The notes beneath the pieces were generated by a model. It made no database searches, was not told the DNA's origin, and saw only the letters and a list, made by a program, of their open reading frames with translations. A stretch of 64,000 bases of DNA from Mobula hypostoma (Eukaryota): the NCBI RefSeq assembly GCF_963921235.1, contig NC_086108.1, positions 95,544,001 to 95,608,000 of the forward strand, in the 5' to 3' direction. How positions within the stretch are numbered: the first letter of the stretch is position 1; each line of letters begins with the position of its first letter. Position numbers and translations under genes: made by a program. Shown here in pieces: positions 57,895 through 64,000 of this stretch.

Positions 57895-60800
57895 ATGGAG
57901 GCTAGTGAATTTATAGAGAACCCTACTCTTCTGTTTTTGAGGAGTGCCAGAAAGGAGGTACTATGTGACATTGCTAAGAAATGGCAACTTTCTGGAATAC
58001 AGAAGAGTATGACGAAGGCAGGAATTCGGAGGAAAATATTGTGTTGGGAAAGCTATTTGAGGAGGAGTCGCTACAGGAGTTTCCGATAGGTGATGAGGAG
58101 ACCCTGTTACGATTAGAACAATTAAGAATGGAGAGACTTAAGTTTGAGGCTGCAGAGGCAGAGAAACAGAGGGAGTTTGAGAGGGAGATACGGCGTCAAG
58201 AAGGTCAAGTGTCAGGCCGGGGTGGCGAGAGGGGTGTATCAATTAATGTCAGTCAGGAAATTAAGTTGGTACCTCCGTTTGCTGAAGAAGACGTTGATAG
58301 GTACTTCCTACATTTTGAGAAAGTGGCTCAGAACAGGAAGTGGTCGAGGGAGGACTGGGCAGTATTGCTGCAAAGTGGGTTAAAAGGGAAGGTGCAGTAA
58401 GCATATTCTGCCTTATCTGTGACCGAGTCGACTATGATGACGTGAAGGAGGCTGTGCTTAAGGTCTATGAAATGGTGCCAGAAGCGTACCGACAGAAGTT
58501 TCGGGGTTTGAGGAAGTCTGGAACCAGACATATGTAGAGTTTGCCCTTGAAAAGGAGAGGTACTTTGATTGGTGGTGTGCCTCAAAAGAGGTAGACAAGG
58601 ACTACCACAAAGTGAGTCAGCTGATGCCGATTGAGGAATTTAAAGAGTGTGTCCCTAGTGAGATACGGACGTACCTAGAAGAGAAGGAGGTTGAGATTCT
58701 TTCCGCGGCCGCTAGGTTAGCGGATGATTTTGCCCTGACTCACAAGATTAAGTTTTTCCCAAGCAAGGGTTATCAGAAGAGTTACCGGGATAATCCACCG
58801 AGTAAAACAGAAAACAAGGCAGGGGCTGGTGACAGAGGTAGAGAGGAGGGGAAACCGACCAAAAATAAGTTTTCCAGCTTTACCTGTTACTACTGCAGAA
58901 AGCCTGGCCACGTGGCATCTAACTGTCTTATTCGGAAGAAAGAAATGGGAAAGGAGAAGGGGAAAACCCCCAATGCGTGTGCGCCGGCGGCTGAGACCAC
59001 ATGAAGGAAGGTGGGGTCTGACCAAGTTCAGGAAGGGATTGAGTGGTTTATTATCAAGGGTTTTGTGTCTGTGAAGGAGGGGTCACCCCTAGTTCCAGTG
59101 AGAATCTGACGCGATACTGGAGCCTTTCATTCACTGATATTAAGTGATGTCCTAGAATTTGGTGACGAGACAAAAACGGACAAAGTGAATATTCTGGAAG
59201 GTATTGGCAAGGAAACAGAGGTCATGCCTTTGCACAGAATAATTTTGAAATGTGACTTGGTGTCCGGACCAGTTGAGATAGGGATACGACCTAAATTACC
59301 GATAGCTAATGTGGACGTCTTGTTGGGAAATGACCTGGCAAGAAAAGATGTATACCCAGGTTTACAGCTAACAAGCCAGCCTGCTGTTATTGAGACAAGC
59401 GCAGACAGTGAACTTTATCCCGCATGCGCGGTCACAAGAAGTATGACAAGGAAGGCTGCAGAAGTGAAGCGATCTGAATGGGAGGGGTCAGGTGCCCGTG
59501 ATAGCAAAGACAGGGGTACGGATCCTACTGACTTATCTGAAACTTTTCTACCGTCTGTGTTTGACCAGGACCCAGGTAGTGAGGCAGATAAGAGGGGTTT
59601 GTCATTGTCCAGGCGGAAGCTTGTGGAAGAGCAGGATAGGGATCCTGAGACTGCAGTTTTAAAAGAGACAGCCCTTTCTGAGGATGAAATTCAGAGGGAG
59701 TCAATGGGTTACTATCTGAAGGATGGGGTATTAATGAGGAAGTGGAGGCCACCTACAGTACCTGCCGATGAGGATTGGGTTGTGGTGCACCAGATGGTGG
59801 TTCCAAAGGGTTACCGTACAGAAATTTTAAAGATGGCTCATACAATGCCTTTAGGGGGACATCTTGGAGTTAGAAAGACAGGGCACAAGGTTATGAAAGA
59901 ATTTCATTGGCCGGGTATAAGGAAGGATGTGACGGTTTTTTTGTAAAACTTGTCACACATGTCAAGTGGTAGAGAAACCGAATCAGACTATCCCAAAAGC
60001 GCCACTTCGCCCCATACCAGCTTTTGGCGAACCTTCCTCCAGGGTCACTGTGGATTGTGTTGGCCCACTGCCAAAGACTTCAGGTGGTCACCAATACTTG
60101 TTAACTATTATGTGCGCTGCCTCTAGGTTCCCAGAAGCAATACGCCTCAGGAACCTAAAGGCTAAAACAGTGGTGAAGACACTTATTAAGTTCTTCACGT
60201 TAGTGGGTCTGCCCAAGGAGATACAATCGGATCAGGGCAGTAATTTTACATTGGGTGTATTCCAACAGATAGTTATGGAACTGGGAGCGAAACAAATTTT
60301 GTCCACGGCATACCATCCCCAATCCCAGGGAGTGATAGCGAGGTTTCACTCTACCCTAAAAACGATGATTAAAACATGCTGTATGGAAAACGGGAAACAT
60401 TGGGATGTGAGTATACCTTTACTCCTACTTGCAATAAGAGATTCGATCCCGGAATCGTTGGGGTTCAGTCCGTTTGAGCTCGTGTTCGGTCATTGGCCTC
60501 GAGGACCTTTGACCTTACTGAGAGAGCAATGGTCTGATAAGGAAGTGCGAATTGGTGTATTGAATTGCAACTTAAGAGTTTTGAGACAGGCTGAGCAGGA
60601 CTTGTGACCTTGCGAAACAGAATCTCCAGGACTCCCAGGCTGATATGAAGTGCTGGTATGACAGACAGGCAAGGGAGCGAAGCTATGAGGTTGGAGATAA
60701 GGTCTTGGTTTTGTTTCCCTTGGAGAATAACCCTCTCCAGGCTCAATTTAGTGGACCTTACGAAATAATGAGAAAAACTGATGAGCTGAACTATGTTATC

Positions 60801-62390
60801 AGGGCACCTGGTCGAAGGAAGGCACTCAATTAGTGCATGTGAACCTAATCAAACCTTATTTTGACTCTAAATCCGTATCATTTGGGGTTATGACCAAACA
60901 AGACCCAGCTACAAAGACTAGCCCAGAGATAATGGGGGAGTGTAATGAGCAGTGTCTGGTTTCAGCTCGACTCAAGAATGCCAGTGTTTTGGAGAACATA
61001 GACAGTAAAATTAACCACCTGGAACCGAAACAACAGCAACAGATAAAGGAGCTAATTGGCAAACATTCCGATCTATTCCCAGATACACCGAGGCAGTGTG
61101 GTATAGCTACCCATGATGTCATTGTGGGGCAGGCTGATGCAGTGAAACAGCACCCCTACAGGATGAATTTAGAACATAGTAAAGTAGTGGAACAGGAAAT
61201 CAAATATATGTTGGCCAACGGTATAATCAGGCCATCCACCTCTGCGTGGGCTTCTCCGTGCGTGATAGTTCCCAAGCCCGATGGTACAATGAGATTTTGC
61301 ACAGATTATAGAAAGGTCAGCACAATAACTAAAACAGATGCTTACCCTATTCCCAGAATAGATGACTGCATCGATAGGGTGGGAAACGCTAAGTACCTAA
61401 CAAAAATTGACCTGCTAAAAGGGTACTGGTGCATTCCCTTAACCGATAGGGCTCGAGCGATATCGGCATTTGTCACCCCCTCGGGGTTGTACGACTATAA
61501 TGTGGTGCCTTTCGGGATGAAAAATGCCCCTGGGACATTCCAACGTATGATAAACTCTGTGATTCAAGGCTTGAAGAATACTGGGGCATACATTGATCAT
61601 TTAGTAGTATGGAACGACACGTGGGAGGAACACATTGTAACAGTAGAGAAATTATTTGATTGGCTCTCTAAAGCTAACCTGACAGTGAACCTTGCCAAGA
61701 GTGAGTTTGGTCATGCCGGGGTCACATATCTTGGTTACGTAATGGGCCAGGGTCAACTGGCTCCTGTGAAAGGGAAAGTTCAGGCTATTGCTGATGGACC
61801 CATTCCAACAGGTAAGAGAGCATTGAGGAGCTTTTTAGGTATGGTGGGGTATTATCGAAAATTTTGCAAGAACTATGCGGATATTGCCCTTCTACTGACA
61901 AAACTGTTGAGAAAGAGTTAACGATCTGTGTGGGATGAGCATTGCCAAGAGCCGTTTGAATGGTTAAAGGGTGTTCTGTGTCACCATCCAGTGCTAAAGG
62001 CACTGGACTTCACTAAACCATTCTCCCTAGCGACGGAGGCTAGATGAAGCTGCAGGGGCGGTGCTATTACAGAGAGGAGATGATGGTATTGAACATCCGG
62101 TGGCCTACTTTTCCAAAAAGTTTAATGTGCACCAGAAAAATTACTCGACAATAGAAAAGGAATTGCTGTCTCTCATTTTTGCATTACAACATTTCGAGGT
62201 TTACGTCAGTCCCGCACAAAAGCCGTTAGTGGTGTACACTGACCACAACCCTTTGGTGTTTTTAGATAAGATTAAAGATCGAAATCGGCATTTATTAAAC
62301 TGGAGCCTGTGCTTACAGCAGTTTGATATCGAGATAAGACACTTAAGGGGTACAGACAATGTCATTGCGGATTGCCTATCCCGCTGTTAA
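57895..62390 (+). pseudogene. Disrupted gag-pol of the Gmr1-like element
   Basis: Gag (LVPPFAEEDVDRYFLHFEK, CYYCRKPGHVASNC); protease RDTGA at about 59110; integrase HHCC and core (59185-60607; VDCVGPLP, SDQGSNF); RT 60833-61921 (FCTDYRKV, YIDH); RNase H 62061-62390. Confidence 0.92.
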
Positions 62391-62566
62391 AAATGCTGAC
62401 AAAATGTGTAAATGCTTAATGTACACTCTGTGAAGTAGAATGTAGTGCTTGGTGTGCAAAATCTGTGAGTGAGCAAAATTTTGCTCGAAGATCAAAATTT
62501 TCCCAACCGAGGAAGGTGTCACGCAGGTGAGAAACTGCTAGGAAGTTCAGCAGTCTAATGAACAAG

Positions 62567-62739
62567 GAGGAGAGGGAGAGAGGGAGAGAGGGAGAGAGGG
62601 AGAGAGGGAGAGAGGGAGAGAGGGAGAGAGGGAGAGAGGGAGAGAGGGAGAGAGGGAGAGAGGGAGAGAGGGAGAGAGGGAGAGAGGGAGAGAGGGAGAG
62701 AGGGAGAGAGGGAGAGAGGGAGAGAGGGAGAGAGGGAGA

Positions 62740-62807
<68 letters not shown>
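62567..62807. repeat. (GAGAGAGG)n/(GA)n polypurine expansion inside the 3' LTR
   Basis: About 240 bp of pure purine; the 5' LTR has only a short gagagagag at this position. Confidence 0.95.
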
Positions 62808-62810
<3 letters not shown>

Positions 62811-63484
62811 GCGCAAGCTGAGACACACAAGCTGTGAAGTCACCATGGTAACAGCTCAGAGCGGTTGAGCTAACGGATGCTGGAATTTTGGATGGATTAT
62901 AAAAAGTTGATCCTTCGGTCTGATAACGGCAGAGGGGACACGACACGAGAGAACTGGGGAAGCTACCCGAGAAACCCCTGCTGGAGTTTAAGACCACCAT
63001 GAGGGTGGAGGCGACGGACCGGTTAACTTCAACCTGGGATTACCAGTGTGGGTAAGAGCTTGCCTGTGGGGGTCTGCTGGTGGTGCCGTGGGTTAGTAGA
63101 CTGTTCCCTAGAAGGGGCTCTGTCCATCTGTGTCTGTGTGGGAGTCACACGAAGTGACTCTGAAGACTTGGAAAGCAAGAACAATTAAAGCTTTAATGAT
63201 ATTAATTCATAGTAGTAATAAATACAGTCTTAATTTATAGTAAACCAGACTCCAGGTGTGTTCCATTTCTGCTGGTCCTTTTCAACCTGTCACGGGGTTT
63301 GTGACAGTATCCTGTATTTAAGGTAAATATTTCTGTTTATTTTGTAATATGATTGTAACTACAATGTGGAGTGCATCATATTCTAGTTCATGTGTAGGAG
63401 TTAACCTACCCCTACACCTCCTCCCTCACTACTATTCAGGGCCCCAAACAGTACACGCAGCTTATGGCAAGGTCTGCACACCCT

Positions 63485-64000
63485 CAGACTTCAAAGCTAA
63501 ACGCAGTAGAGTTTCCAACATCGATGCCTCTCTCTCAGACAAGCTAAATCTTTTTTATGCTCGATTCGATGTTGCCAATACTGAGCCCGAGGAGATCTGA
63601 AGATGATGCGACCGGCAGCTTGGTAATCTCCAAGGCCGAAGTACGCAGGTGTTTCCAACGAGTGGGCAGTCACAAGGCTGCGGGACCAGATGGCATCCCA
63701 GGGTGGGTACTCAGAATGTGTGCGGCACCACTGGCTGGTGTGTTTACAGATATTTTTAATCTCTCCCTCTCCCAGTGTAGAGGGCCCTCCTCCTTTAAAA
63801 GATCCACCATTGTCTCTGTACCTAAAAAGACCAAGGTAACATGTCTGAACGACACTCACCTCAATAATAATAATAATAAACAAATGCTTTAAGAGGCTGA
63901 TCAAGGACTACATCTGCAGCACGCTGCCACCCACACTGGTCCCCCACTACAATTCGCCTACTGACACAACCGATCAACAGAGGACGCAATAACCACAGCT
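63485..64000 (+). mobile_element. Rex1/Babar-like LINE RT fragment running off the window edge
   Basis: KLNLFYARFD, KAAGPDGIPGWVLRMCA, VPKKTKVTCLND and LQFAY motifs. Confidence 0.85.

Larger units (their letters stand above)
57031..63306 (+). mobile_element. Gmr1-like Ty3/Gypsy LTR retrotransposon, full-length but decayed
   Basis: LTRs 57031-57772 and 62517-63306 (TGTCAC...GTGACA); 4-bp TSD gtat at 57027-57030 and 63307-63310; PBS-like tggggcctgtgtccaggat; PPT gaggaagg; order gag-PR-IN-RT-RH. Confidence 0.95.

Noticed and set aside
62416..63000. SLSPSLPL / ERERGREG ORFs
   Set aside because: Translations of a GA-rich microsatellite inside an LTR.

Overview
Eukaryotic, repeat-dense vertebrate DNA; the CR1, Rex1/Babar, Penelope, HE1-like SINE and Tc1 content suggests a cartilaginous fish (inference). 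The window lies within one minus-strand host gene, RPAP2 (Rtr1-family RNA Pol II CTD phosphatase). I traced 8 phase-consistent internal coding exons (52165 down to 6478), one with a GC donor; the first and last exons were not found here. Introns are filled with transposable elements: very young CR1 LINEs with intact APE+RT ORF2 (including a head-to-tail chimeric tandem), older CR1 and Rex1 fragments, a decayed Gmr1-type Gypsy LTR element (PR-IN-RT-RH), a Tc1, a Tigger/pogo element, MITEs and SINEs. Strongest leads: (1) CR1 ORF1 ends in a canonical U_UUA_AAC slippery heptamer with AUG-less ORF2 open in the -1 frame, and a second CR1 subfamily keeps this layout, suggesting -1 ribosomal frameshifting. 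(2) A series of TSD-flanked fold-back Penelope pLTR insertions carry minimal hammerhead ribozyme motifs. (3) A 44-bp minisatellite is built from a decayed hammerhead motif. All coordinates were read by eye and no searches were run.
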